Assembly (NCBI GenBank): GCA_020348925.1
Contig: CP070758.1
Location: 3,301,688 to 3,365,687 of the forward strand
DNA length: 64,000 nt
Source: Gemmatimonadota bacterium
Lineage (GTDB): Bacteria > JBHIER01 > G020348925
Direction of reading: 5' to 3'
Shown here: positions 10,507 to 20,204 of the stretch, in pieces
Numbering within the stretch: the stretch's first letter is position 1
Layout of the letters: each line of letters opens with the position of its first letter
Made by a program: the position numbers and the translations under genes
Notes under the pieces: generated by a model
What the model saw: only the letters and a program-made list of their open reading frames with translations
What the model was told of the DNA's origin: nothing
The model's database searches: none

Positions 10507-11888
10507 CGCACGAGAGTAACAAAAACAAACATATCCATTTCATCGGCATCGGTGGCGAAGGCATGAGCGGAATTGCAGAGGTGGTGGCCAACGTCGGGTA
10601 TCGGGTTTCCGGATGCGATCTGAGGTGCAGCGAAGTGACCGAACGATTGCAGGAGCTCGGTGTTCATGTCTATCAGGGACACGACTCTTCTCATCTCGGG
10701 GATGTCGATTTCGTCGTTTACTCGGCCGCCGTCAGTCGATCCAATCCGGAGATTGTGGAGGCTCAGAACCAGAACATTCCGATCATTCCCCGGGCGGAGA
10801 TGCTGGCCGATCTGATGCGCATCAAATTCGGCATCGGTGTCGCAGGAACCCACGGCAAGACGACGACCACGTCTCTCATCGGCTCGGTGCTCACACGGGG
10901 GGGGCTCGATCCGACAATTGTCGTGGGGGGAAAGGTGAGGAGCTTTGAGGCGAACGCGAGATTGGGGGAGAGTGAATATTTTGTTGTTGAGGCGGATGAA
11001 TTCGATCGGTCCTTTTTAAGACTGTCACCGTCCATTGCCGTGATCACCACCTTGGAGGCGGAACATCTGGAATGTTATACCGATCTCGACGATCTCAAGT
11101 CGGCCTTTGTGGAGTTTGCCAATAAGGTGCCGTTCTACGGGTCGATCATCCTCTGTATCGATGAGGAAAGCTTGATGAATATCGTACCGAGAATGGAACG
11201 GTCGATTGTCTCGTACGGTCTGTCACCGGAGGCCGATGTGAGAGCCGTGGATATCGAGTTTATCAACTTCGGTTCCCGGTTTACGGTTGTCACAGCCTCG
11301 GGAGCAGCGGGAAGAGTCCAATTGCGTATCCCTGGAATTCACAATGTGAAGAACGCGCTGGCCGCTGTTGCCGTGGGGGGCGAATTGAAGATTCCATTTG
11401 AGACGATCAGGCAGGGGATTGAGGAATTCACCGGTGTTCACCGGAGGTTTGAGATGAAGGGAGTGGAGCGTGGTGTCACGGTGGTGGATGATTACGGACA
11501 CCATCCTACCGAGATTCAGGCCGCCCTGAAAGGTGCACGGCACGGGTGGGACGGTCGCATCATCGCCGTGTTCCAGCCCCATCTCTACACCAGGACGTGG
11601 CATTTTTACCGGGAATTTGGCCGCTCTTTCTTCGATGCCGATGTGCTCGTCGTGACCGATATCTATCCGGCTCGGGAAAAGGAGATGAAGGGGGTCACAG
11701 GGGAGCTGGTGGCGAAAGCGGCCCGGGAGGTCAATCATCCCTCAGTCCTCTATATCCAAAACATGACCGAAGTCCCTGAAACGCTGTTCAAAGGACTGAA
11801 GGAAGGGGATCTTCTGATCACCTTCGGTGCCGGCGATATATGGACGGTGGGAGAGCAGATATTGGAAAAACTGAGAGGCCCCGAATGA
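10503..11888 (+). CDS. murC: UDP-MurNAc:L-Ala ligase
   Basis: HFIGIGGEGMSG, GTHGKTTTT, EADEFD, DDYGHHPTE, FQPH. Confidence 0.96.
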   Translation: MTHESNKNKHIHFIGIGGEGMSGIAEVVANVGYRVSGCDLRCSEVTERLQELGVHVYQGHDSSHLGDVDFVVYSAAVSRSNPEIVEAQNQNIPIIPRAEMLADLMRIKFGIGVAGTHGKTTTTSLIGSVLTRGGLDPTIVVGGKVRSFEANARLGESEYFVVEADEFDRSFLRLSPSIAVITTLEAEHLECYTDLDDLKSAFVEFANKVPFYGSIILCIDEESLMNIVPRMERSIVSYGLSPEADVRAVDIEFINFGSRFTVVTASGAAGRVQLRIPGIHNVKNALAAVAVGGELKIPFETIRQGIEEFTGVHRRFEMKGVERGVTVVDDYGHHPTEIQAALKGARHGWDGRIIAVFQPHLYTRTWHFYREFGRSFFDADVLVVTDIYPAREKEMKGVTGELVAKAAREVNHPSVLYIQNMTEVPETLFKGLKEGDLLITFGAGDIWTVGEQILEKLRGPE

Positions 11889-12811
11889 ATACCTGTGGCC
11901 CGCTGGCATTCATTGAAAAAAAGTGTCAAGGGCGTGTGCTTCACAACGAACCGCTTTCGTCTCACACCTCCTTCGGGATAGGCGGTCCGGCGGATGCCTT
12001 TGTGTGGGCCGACGGCGTGGAGGATGTGGAAATTGTACAGGACGCTGTTTTATCGAACGAGATCCCCTTTCTTGTGATAGGGAACGGAACAAATCTCCTG
12101 TTCCATGATGAGGGATTTCGAGGCGTCGTTCTGCGCCTCGGTCGGCACTTTAAAGGGATCGTAAGTGAAGGGACACGCGTCACAGCAGGAGCTGGGGCAA
12201 ATCTCTCGAAAACGTTGAGCTTTTGTGCCGAACATGATTTGGGAGGTTTCGAATTCGCAGTCGGCATTCCGGGTACTGTGGGTGGTGCGGTGTCGTCCGC
12301 AGCGTGGACGCGATCCGGGGGGATTCGGGATCGACTCTCGCGCGTCACCGCCATGGGGCCCAAGGGAGATGTCGTGACAAAAGATGCACCATCCCTGGGA
12401 AACGAGCATGGAGACCTCGTTCCGGATGGCTGTATTATTACTGAAGTCTCGTTTCAACTTGAGCCTGCGCCTGAAAATGCTATTCGTCTGGAAATGGAAC
12501 GTCTTATGGCCCGTCGCAAACAAACGCAACCGTTGAACAAACGGAGTGCCGGCTGCGTCTTCAGAAATCCGGAACATCAATCTGCCGGTCGGATCATCGA
12601 TGAATGCGGATGTAAGGGGATGAGGGTGGGTGGGGCGGTCGTTTCCGAGAAGCACGCCAATTTCATCATCAACAGCGGTGGGGCGCGATCGGAGGATGTG
12701 CTCGAGTTGATCGAGCGCGTCCGGGAGCGGGTCCACAGCGCGACCGGTGTTCTCCTCGGATTGGAAATCGATGTCGTCGATCCTTGGGGCGGTATGAGGA
12801 GAGATGCGTAG
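11885..12811 (+). CDS. murB: UDP-N-acetylenolpyruvoylglucosamine reductase (divergent)
   Basis: HTSFGIGGPAD, GNGTNLL, GIPGTVGGA, SAGCVFRNP, VSEKHANF; ATG 11885 overlaps murC stop. Confidence 0.9.
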   Translation: MNTCGPLAFIEKKCQGRVLHNEPLSSHTSFGIGGPADAFVWADGVEDVEIVQDAVLSNEIPFLVIGNGTNLLFHDEGFRGVVLRLGRHFKGIVSEGTRVTAGAGANLSKTLSFCAEHDLGGFEFAVGIPGTVGGAVSSAAWTRSGGIRDRLSRVTAMGPKGDVVTKDAPSLGNEHGDLVPDGCIITEVSFQLEPAPENAIRLEMERLMARRKQTQPLNKRSAGCVFRNPEHQSAGRIIDECGCKGMRVGGAVVSEKHANFIINSGGARSEDVLELIERVRERVHSATGVLLGLEIDVVDPWGGMRRDA

Positions 12812-13646
12812 TACGAAAAAAATGTATTTCAATGAGATTGCGGTGAGAGAACCGAGACACGTCCTGCTCGCCCTTATCAAAGCCTTCAACCGGACGACGG
12901 TCGTAGTTACCGTGTTGGGGTTCCTGGCCCTTATGGGCCATCACGTCTACACGTGGGCTCTTCAGACGCCGTTCTTTGAGATCCAAGAGATTCGTGTGCG
13001 GGGACATCATATCATTTCCGAGGAGAGGGCCTTGAGCTTGATTGGGATCGAGGAGGACTGTAATATCTTCCGGTGCGATGTCGATGCGGTGGAGCGGAGG
13101 GTTGCCCAGGATCCTTTTGTGCGAAAGGCGGACGTGAAACGTCGTTTGCCCTCAAAGCTTCTCCTTTCGATCGAGGAGAGAAAGCCCTTGGCCTTTTTGG
13201 CCGATATGATCGGTATGGTCGACGACGAGGGCGTACTGCTTCCACCCATTGCTCCGGAACAGTGGTCCGATCTCCCGCTCTTGACAGGGATTGGGGTAGA
13301 AAAGATCCGCTTTGGGGAGCCGCTTCAGTCTGAGCCGGTAGCGTGGGCCGTCTCTTTTCTCAAGGCCGCGGCCGCATTGAACTCGAACGGAGCTCTTGAA
13401 ATTACCGAGATCGATCTGAGCGATATGGCACATCCGCTTTTGTACGCCGGTGACAGGAGTGTTCCCGTCAGGATTGGGGTGACGGGCTCTCTGTCACAAT
13501 TGACCAGTCTTCCTGTCGTCCTGGCGGATTTAGAGCGGAAGGGGATAGAGGCCGAATATATCGATGTGCGCTTTTCGAATCAGATTCTTGTCAGGCCGAG
13601 AAGATTTACGAACATGGGGCTGGAATCAAAGGCAGTGAAAGGTTGA
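12804..13646 (+). CDS. ftsQ: Cell division protein FtsQ/DivIB
   Basis: Single TM, POTRA-like segment (FEIQEIRVRG...VKRRLPSKL..IEERKP), C-terminal YIDVRF; position before ftsA. Confidence 0.85.
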   Translation: MRSTKKMYFNEIAVREPRHVLLALIKAFNRTTVVVTVLGFLALMGHHVYTWALQTPFFEIQEIRVRGHHIISEERALSLIGIEEDCNIFRCDVDAVERRVAQDPFVRKADVKRRLPSKLLLSIEERKPLAFLADMIGMVDDEGVLLPPIAPEQWSDLPLLTGIGVEKIRFGEPLQSEPVAWAVSFLKAAAALNSNGALEITEIDLSDMAHPLLYAGDRSVPVRIGVTGSLSQLTSLPVVLADLERKGIEAEYIDVRFSNQILVRPRRFTNMGLESKAVKG

Positions 13647-13757
13647 CGCCCAATAATCACACTAAAACTCAAGAAAGGAGAAAATTTCTTTTGATTCCAG
13701 CCCCTGATAAAACGTCTATGGAGAACAGCGAAATGGTTTAAACGTGAACATAAAAAA

Positions 13758-13875
13758 TCTGAGCAGGTGACTGGCCAGGGTTCATTGACAAAACGATAAG
13801 CAAGCCTACCATTCCTGTCACATCACATTCTCTCTCCGTATTTTGTCCCTCTCAAATGGCCATAGCCTGCTCAGA
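13758..13875 (+). ncRNA. Candidate structured RNA motif, copy 1
   Basis: Outer stem TCTGAGCAGG/CCTGCTCAGA, inner TGGCC/GGCCA; shares TGACAAAACGATAAGC and TTGT(T)CCCTCT with the copy at 45800-45903; strand inferred. Confidence 0.6.
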
Positions 13876-13890
13876 GTCCTGACATGCCGT

Positions 13891-13995
13891 TGTTGAGCAG
13901 GTGAGTAGTCGGTGATTGTGACTATTCTACCCGTAACGCTTTGATGTTGAAACAATCGCCATTGTCCCTCTCTCGTGGCGAAAGCCTGCTCAACA
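13891..13995 (+). ncRNA. Candidate structured RNA motif, copy 2
   Basis: Outer stem TGTTGAGCAGG/CCTGCTCAACA, GAGTA/GAAA internal loop, GTC/GGC stem, hairpin GGTGATTGT/ACAATCGCC, TTGTCCCTCT. Confidence 0.6.
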
Positions 13996-14037
13996 CCGCA
14001 TGTTTTCTGCAGTACGGGAGGAGGAACGGTTTCGAGC

Positions 14038-15279
14038 ATGGGGAATGAAAACTCGGTCATTGTGGGTCTCGATATAGGCACGACGAAGATCGGCGTCATT
14101 GTGGCTGAGATCGGTGCCGATGGTGAGGTGCGCATTGTGGGTGTCGGCACGAGCCCTTCGGAAGGGCTCAGGCGCGGTGTCGTGGTCAATGTGGAGAAAA
14201 CGGTCCAGTCGATAAAGACTGCCGTGGCCAGGGCTGAGCGCAGTTCCGGGAAAAAGATTTCGTCCGTCTACGCCGGGATTGCCGGGGACCACATTCGGTC
14301 CATTAACAGCCGGGGTGTTATTGCGGTCTCCAGGGGTGATCATGAGATCACCCCCGGTGATGTGAGACGGGTCATCGACGCTGCCAAGGCCGTGGCCATT
14401 CCCATGGACCGAGAGATTATTCATGTTCTTCCGCAGGGTTACGTCGTGGACGACCAATCCGGTATCAAAGATCCCGTTGGCATGGCCGGAGTGCGATTGG
14501 AAGCGGAGGTCCATATCGTGACAGGGGCGGTCACTTCGGCTCAGAACATATACAACAGTATTAGGAAGGCGGGATTGGAAGTGAAGGATCTCGTGCTCCA
14601 ACCCCTGGCTTCGAGTTACGCTGTCCTGTCTCAAGATGAAATGGAGCTTGGTGTCGGACTGCTGGATATCGGGGGCGGGACGACGGATATCGCTCTCTTC
14701 TTTGAGGGAAGTATCCGACACACGGCCGTCATCGGCTTCGGAGGAAGAAATGTCACCAACGATATTGCCATCGGACTCAGAACGCCGGTGGACAAGGCCG
14801 AGGAGATCAAGATCGAAAAGGGATGCGCCTTACAGACCATGATGGACAAGGATGAGGTCATGGAGGTGGAAAGCACCGGCGGTCGGCCGTCCCGGCAGAT
14901 ATCGCGCAGCGTCCTGTGCAGCGTCATCGAGCCAAGAGTGGAGGAGATCTTCAGTCTGGCGCGCCGAGAGATCAAAAAGTCCGACTACGCGGGCCTTCTG
15001 ACGACCGGTATCGTCATCACCGGAGGATCCTCGTTGATCGAAGGTTCGGTAGAACTGGCCGAGCAGGTCTTCGACCTCCCGGTCAAGCTCGGAGTACCGC
15101 AGGAGATCGGCGAGACAATGGATGAAGTGAAAAGTCCGGTCTTTTCGACGGGAATCGGGCTCATCCATTATGCTCAAAAGCATCGGACGGGCGATAACGG
15201 ATTTTGGGACATCAGTGAGTCGAACCCTTTTGAAAAAATTTTGGAACGTATGAAAGGCTGGTTTCGAGATTTCTTTTAA
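14038..15279 (+). CDS. ftsA: Cell division protein FtsA
   Basis: [38 protein letters not shown] upstream of ATG 14038. Confidence 0.96.
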   Translation: MGNENSVIVGLDIGTTKIGVIVAEIGADGEVRIVGVGTSPSEGLRRGVVVNVEKTVQSIKTAVARAERSSGKKISSVYAGIAGDHIRSINSRGVIAVSRGDHEITPGDVRRVIDAAKAVAIPMDREIIHVLPQGYVVDDQSGIKDPVGMAGVRLEAEVHIVTGAVTSAQNIYNSIRKAGLEVKDLVLQPLASSYAVLSQDEMELGVGLLDIGGGTTDIALFFEGSIRHTAVIGFGGRNVTNDIAIGLRTPVDKAEEIKIEKGCALQTMMDKDEVMEVESTGGRPSRQISRSVLCSVIEPRVEEIFSLARREIKKSDYAGLLTTGIVITGGSSLIEGSVELAEQVFDLPVKLGVPQEIGETMDEVKSPVFSTGIGLIHYAQKHRTGDNGFWDISESNPFEKILERMKGWFRDFF

Positions 15280-15319
15280 CACGTCACAGGCGTTTTGTGC
15301 AGCGAAGGAGGTGTTGCCA

Positions 15320-16513
15320 GTGGTCAGTTTTACTATTGCTGAGGAGAACATATCCAAGGCGAAAATGAGAGTGGTCGGAGTGGGAGGGGGGGGAGGCAAT
15401 GCAGTGAACCGGATGATTGAGGCACAGCTCAGCGGTGTTGAGTTTATTGCCATCAACACGGATGCCCAGGTTCTGGATCTGTCACGGGCACAGCGAAAGA
15501 TTCAGATTGGGAGGACGGGATTGGGTGTCGGCGGTGATCCGGAAAGAGGGAGACAGGCTATTGAGGAGGATAGGGATAAGGTCGTGTACGTTTTATCAGA
15601 TACGGATATGGTGTTCGTGACGGCAGGGATGGGTGGGGGGACAGGGACAGGAGTGGCGCCAGTCGTGGCCGAGATTGCCAAGGACCTGGGAGCCCTGACG
15701 ATCGCGATTGTGACAAGACCGTTTCTGTTCGAGGGGCGCCAGCGCATGAACCGTGCCAACGAAGGTATCGACGAGCTGAAGGAACGTGTGGATACGCTCA
15801 TCGTGATCCCCAATCAGCGATTGCTGTCCATCGTCTCCGAAAAGACGCCGCTCCGGGAGGCCTTCGGACTTGCTGACGAGGTGCTGCTCCACGCCACGAA
15901 GGGCATCTCCGATTTGATCACCGTTCCCGGGCTCATCAATCTTGATTTTGCGGACGTCAAGACGGTCATGGCGGAGATGGGCGATGCCCTCATGGGGACG
16001 GGATATGGTTCCGGGGAAAATCGGGCCGTTGATGCCGCCAAACAGGCCATCTCCAGCCCGCTTCTGGAGGAGGTTTCAATGGCCGGCGCCCAGGGAGTGT
16101 TGGTCAATATCACCGGAGGATCGGCTCTGACACTGTACGAGGTGAACGATGCCGTATCCATCATTTTGGAGGCGGCTGGGGCCGATGCCAATATTATCTT
16201 TGGCGCTGTTATTGATGAGGACATCGACGATGAGCTGCGGGTCACGGTCATAGCCACGGGATTTAACAAGCAAGAGCGACTCACGAAAAAGATTGAAATG
16301 GCCGAAACAAGATCCATGGATTACATCGGCACAAAACTCGATACATTGGAACGACCGACGTTCCAGAGAAAAGATGAGATACCGGCGTTTAAGCGGAAAG
16401 AGGACATTCAGAAGGAGATGATTTTCGAAGGTGAAGTGGAGACACCGTTTTTCAATACGGCGGATATGGAGGACCTGGAGCGGCCGGCGTTTCTGAGGAA
16501 GCAGATGGATTGA
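15320..16513 (+). CDS. ftsZ: Cell division GTPase FtsZ
   Basis: [10 protein letters not shown], tubulin signature [17 protein letters not shown]-terminal [12 protein letters not shown] 15320 follows AAGGAGG (in-frame GTG 15311 is an alternative). Confidence 0.98.
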   Translation: MVSFTIAEENISKAKMRVVGVGGGGGNAVNRMIEAQLSGVEFIAINTDAQVLDLSRAQRKIQIGRTGLGVGGDPERGRQAIEEDRDKVVYVLSDTDMVFVTAGMGGGTGTGVAPVVAEIAKDLGALTIAIVTRPFLFEGRQRMNRANEGIDELKERVDTLIVIPNQRLLSIVSEKTPLREAFGLADEVLLHATKGISDLITVPGLINLDFADVKTVMAEMGDALMGTGYGSGENRAVDAAKQAISSPLLEEVSMAGAQGVLVNITGGSALTLYEVNDAVSIILEAAGADANIIFGAVIDEDIDDELRVTVIATGFNKQERLTKKIEMAETRSMDYIGTKLDTLERPTFQRKDEIPAFKRKEDIQKEMIFEGEVETPFFNTADMEDLERPAFLRKQMD

Positions 16514-16713
16514 TGAACTTTGAGGGGTTCTCCGGACCATCGTCCTGAGCGATTGGAGGGTTGATACGTATCGCTGATAAGACTATGATTGTCAAATAAT
16601 CGAGGCAACAGAGCATACGAGACGTATCCCTCCCACTTGGTACCTGTGGATACGTCTCAGACAATCACATATTTTCTTCTTCCTGCTATGCGTTGTTGAA
16701 AGTGCGTATTAGA

Positions 16714-16743
16714 GCGCCCTGGAGCTCACAGGGCGTTTTTTTT
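16714..16743 (+). terminator. Intrinsic terminator ending dcw operon
   Basis: GCGCCCTG-GAGCTCA-CAGGGCGT followed by T run. Confidence 0.75.
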
Positions 16744-17108
16744 CGCTGTCGACCGCAAAGGCCAAGGCACATTTCAATCTCTTCCCATCTCAAATTACCG
16801 ACCGGAGAACTCCTGCACGATCGGAATCTGGGGGCGATTTTTCTCTTTTCAGATGGTCATCGTTGGTCCCGAACCTGGACATGAAAAAGCAGAGAAGCCG
16901 CCCTCATCCCATGACCAGAGCGGTTTCTTATCGCTCCTTCCATAATAAATGCGACGCACTCTGCTATGGAACGCTTGGTCTCTCCTCCGTGTTGAGAGAA
17001 GCCCGTACCTTTACACGGGCACAGAGCAATACTACTTTTTGATTTTTCGATCCCTCGCTTTCGCTCAGGACATGCTTATAGACTCTTCGACCTTTTGACT
17101 CTTTGACT

Positions 17109-20100
17109 CTATTTCATGAGCACCATTCGCTTCGTCGCCGTGAATTGTCCTGCTTCCAGCCGGTAAAAGTAAACCCCACTGGGCAAACCCGCCGCATCCC
17201 AGATAACGCTATAATACCCACTATCCAACTCCTCGTCAACCAGCACCTTCACGACCTCCCCAAGTGTATTGTACACAACCACACTCACGTGGTGCCGTTC
17301 AGGAAGAGCAAGGTCAATTGTGGTCTCAGGATTGAAGGGATTGGGGTAGTTCTCCAACAACACAAACTCCTCGGGAACAACTCCCTCCTTTGTCGCCAAT
17401 GGCCCACGAAAACGCGGCGGTCGCCTCACCTCCATGATCACGTCCACACTGTGTATCACATTCCCGTCATCGCCGGTGATGGTCAAGCCATAGTCATCGA
17501 GTAGAACCACTCGCGTTACTTCGACCGACAACCTCAAGGTCGCATAGCCACTCGACGTGGGCTCTACCACAGGATTTTCGGTATTCGGATAAAAAAAGTA
17601 TCTCCGTGCTCCGGGCGGTAACCCCGATACACTCAATCTCACCGGACGACTGAAACAGCCAAACCACTTGACCGTCACATCGTACGTGGCCGAACCAAGC
17701 AGCCCCATAAGCCACTCCACCCTGTCCACACCCGGAACAGCCACAAGGCAGTCGTCACATGGATCCCCAATCCCATCATTGTCCTCATCGGCCTGATCCT
17801 CGTTTTCATACAGCGGACAGTTGTCGCAGGCATCGCCATGGGTATCGGCGTCCGAATTGGCCTGATCGGCGTTGACATCGTTGGGACAGTTATCCACATC
17901 GCCGCAAACCCCATCCCCGTCAACGTCGTTGTCCGGATCGTTGGGACAGGCGTCGCAGACATCACCGATACCGTCATTGTCAGCATCATCCTGACCGGGG
18001 TTGGCATCATCGGGGCAGTTGTCCTCCGGGCAGGTATTGGCCACGTAGCCTTGATTGCCGTAGCCATCGCCGTCAGTATCGGTACAGGTGTCGCAGACAT
18101 CCCCGGTGCCGTCGCCATCGGCATCCTCTTGGCCGGTGTTAGCATTATTAGGGCAGTTGTCCACATCGCCACACACGCCGTCGCCATCGGCATCGTTGTC
18201 CGGATCGTTGGGGCAAGCGTCGCAGACGTCGCCCACCCCATCCCAGTCGTTATCAAGCTGTTCGGGATTGGCAACGTCGGGGCAGTTGTCGCACTGGGCG
18301 CCCCAGCCGTCGAGATCGTCGTCGTGTCCGTATCCTTCGTCCTTGAGGCCGTCGCAGTTGTTGTCTATGCCATCACACACCTCAAGGAATCCCGGTGGGT
18401 TCTCTATCTTGACCGAGCTTATTCTATCATTGAAATTAAAGTCCCCACTTAGGTCGCTGATATACTTCACTGAACCGCTTCCCTCTTGCGCTGTTTCAAA
18501 CCTCTCAAACTCGCCACTCGGGTAGTACACGTCCACCCGAGACAAATTGGTGAGCTTGAGGCAGTAGCCTTCATAATCTTCATGTTCACACAGCCAGGCC
18601 ACTTGCCCCTCCGCCAAGTTCCATCTGACCGAGCTGGTCCAATCACCAAATCCATCGTCGTAATCGTCCAGCAAACGCCAGTCGTCCTTGTCCCGATCAA
18701 CGAAGTCAAAAATTAAGCTGCGCTTCGTGGTCCACCAGCCCTCGGCTTCGGCGTACAGCTCCACCCAGCCACCGCACCGCGCATTGGGCAGTGAGCCGTC
18801 CTGGCGGACGTCGATGTTCCTGAATTCGCCCATTTCCAGGACCGGGTAGCCGTCCCACCCTGGTGGCCCTTCATTGTCGTGGTCCGCGGTGTACAACATC
18901 AACTGTCCCGACGGACTCACGTAAACGCCAGCCGCCGCGTCAAGATCACCCATCTCTGGGGCACTCAGCCTCAGTTCTTTCTCAGCAATGTACTCAAGGC
19001 TGAACTCATCACCGCTGCGAGTCACCCTGAACAGCCGCGCCAAGTCCTTCCCATCCCCATCAACCACCGGCCAGTCAAAAGTTGCGGGCGTATTGTTGTC
19101 CGTGCCGATGAGATACAGGTCTCCATTGCTGTCGCGCACGAAATTCAGCATCTGCCATTCCAACCTGCACGGGAGCCACGGGAGGTGTGGCTTTCCACAC
19201 GTTGTCCCACAGTTGCCACACCAATCGGACTCATCCGGGAGCTCGTCGCTTGTCCATTCGTCAATGAACTGGAGCTTTGTGTACATATCCAGCCAATCTG
19301 TGGTCGATTCAAGGAACCACACGGTTCTGCTCTTGTTGAAACTGCCGCCGGTGATGGCAAAGAGATACTTGCCGCTCACTGGATCCTTCGTAACAGCGAC
19401 AACGGCAATCTGGAGGTCGTGGTGAGGGGAGGGGGGGTTGAGAACATCAGTGATATAGATCGGTTTGATCAGTCTGGGCGCTTCTGGCTCGCTAACGTCT
19501 ATAAGCATAATGGCGCCATAGTCCATTTTGTCTATGCAACTGGAACTGCCGTCCACCACTTCGAAACCGCCCGTGCATGGCTGCTCCATGGCGACAAATA
19601 GGACGTTGCCAACGAGTTGCATACCGCCCGGATGCATCCATGCGGGCCAATCGCCCCCGTCGAAGTGGATGTGGGCAGCTCCATAATCCACCACTGGCGG
19701 CGTGGTATCCTTCATGTGTACTCCGGTCTCCAGGCGATTCGACCGGAGTCGTTCACCATCCTTATCCCTCGATCCCATCTTCACGATCAGTAGTTCGCCA
19801 GGGTCGTCATCCTCGGAAGGACACGCGTCGGCGTGGTTCCCGCATCTTGTCAGGAAGAAGTACGGCGTGCCGTCGGGGCCCTCACCCCGCACGATGCCCT
19901 GGTAATGCTTGCATTCCCACGGATCGTCGCCGATAGCCTTACAGAAGGCCAGGGGATCACCGTGAGGCGCCAGCTTTTTGAAACTCCACTCCACATTATC
20001 AACGCGGGGGTTCTCCGGTCTGAAGGCCTGGAGTGCGGCGGCCTCCTCCCTCGCCGTAGGTGGATCTGCGGCGTATGCCCCTAACCACAGCGCTGAGACC

Positions 20101-20204
20101 AAAGGCAGCAACAAGAGGGCCAATGCCAGAACAGAGGTCAGGGGTGCCAAGTCCTTCGTGGCCTGCCACCATCTCAACCGTCTCATAATATTCCCGATAT
20201 TCAT
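17109..20204 (-). CDS. Secreted multidomain protein: unknown N-terminal domain, beta/gamma-crystallin-like domain, Cys/Asp metal-binding motif, thrombospondin type 3-like repeats, Ig-like domain, T9SS-type-A/FlgD-like C-terminal domain
   Basis: Hydrophobic signal; SSVRW...LCEHEDYEG...FNDRISSVKI; EVCDGIDNNCDGLKDEG; many DxDxDGxGDxCDxCP repeats; NYPNPFNP...SGVYFYRL...MVLMK. Confidence 0.8.
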   Translation of the reverse strand: MNIGNIMRRLRWWQATKDLAPLTSVLALALLLLPLVSALWLGAYAADPPTAREEAAALQAFRPENPRVDNVEWSFKKLAPHGDPLAFCKAIGDDPWECKHYQGIVRGEGPDGTPYFFLTRCGNHADACPSEDDDPGELLIVKMGSRDKDGERLRSNRLETGVHMKDTTPPVVDYGAAHIHFDGGDWPAWMHPGGMQLVGNVLFVAMEQPCTGGFEVVDGSSSCIDKMDYGAIMLIDVSEPEAPRLIKPIYITDVLNPPSPHHDLQIAVVAVTKDPVSGKYLFAITGGSFNKSRTVWFLESTTDWLDMYTKLQFIDEWTSDELPDESDWCGNCGTTCGKPHLPWLPCRLEWQMLNFVRDSNGDLYLIGTDNNTPATFDWPVVDGDGKDLARLFRVTRSGDEFSLEYIAEKELRLSAPEMGDLDAAAGVYVSPSGQLMLYTADHDNEGPPGWDGYPVLEMGEFRNIDVRQDGSLPNARCGGWVELYAEAEGWWTTKRSLIFDFVDRDKDDWRLLDDYDDGFGDWTSSVRWNLAEGQVAWLCEHEDYEGYCLKLTNLSRVDVYYPSGEFERFETAQEGSGSVKYISDLSGDFNFNDRISSVKIENPPGFLEVCDGIDNNCDGLKDEGYGHDDDLDGWGAQCDNCPDVANPEQLDNDWDGVGDVCDACPNDPDNDADGDGVCGDVDNCPNNANTGQEDADGDGTGDVCDTCTDTDGDGYGNQGYVANTCPEDNCPDDANPGQDDADNDGIGDVCDACPNDPDNDVDGDGVCGDVDNCPNDVNADQANSDADTHGDACDNCPLYENEDQADEDNDGIGDPCDDCLVAVPGVDRVEWLMGLLGSATYDVTVKWFGCFSRPVRLSVSGLPPGARRYFFYPNTENPVVEPTSSGYATLRLSVEVTRVVLLDDYGLTITGDDGNVIHSVDVIMEVRRPPRFRGPLATKEGVVPEEFVLLENYPNPFNPETTIDLALPERHHVSVVVYNTLGEVVKVLVDEELDSGYYSVIWDAAGLPSGVYFYRLEAGQFTATKRMVLMK

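Noticed and set aside
13891..13995. yybP-ykoY (Mn) riboswitch call for the repeated motif because of GAGTAG
   Set aside because: No GCRAGACC strand or L3 metal-binding loop; only the generic loop is shared.
16574..16597. Hammerhead-like CTGATAA-GAC...GTC-AAA
   Set aside because: Both catalytic guanines (G8, G12) would be A, and stems I and III cannot be formed properly.
17675..18525. Long alternative-frame ORFs and DNA repeats
   Set aside because: Shadows of the TSP3-like coding repeats; not a CRISPR array or separate genes.
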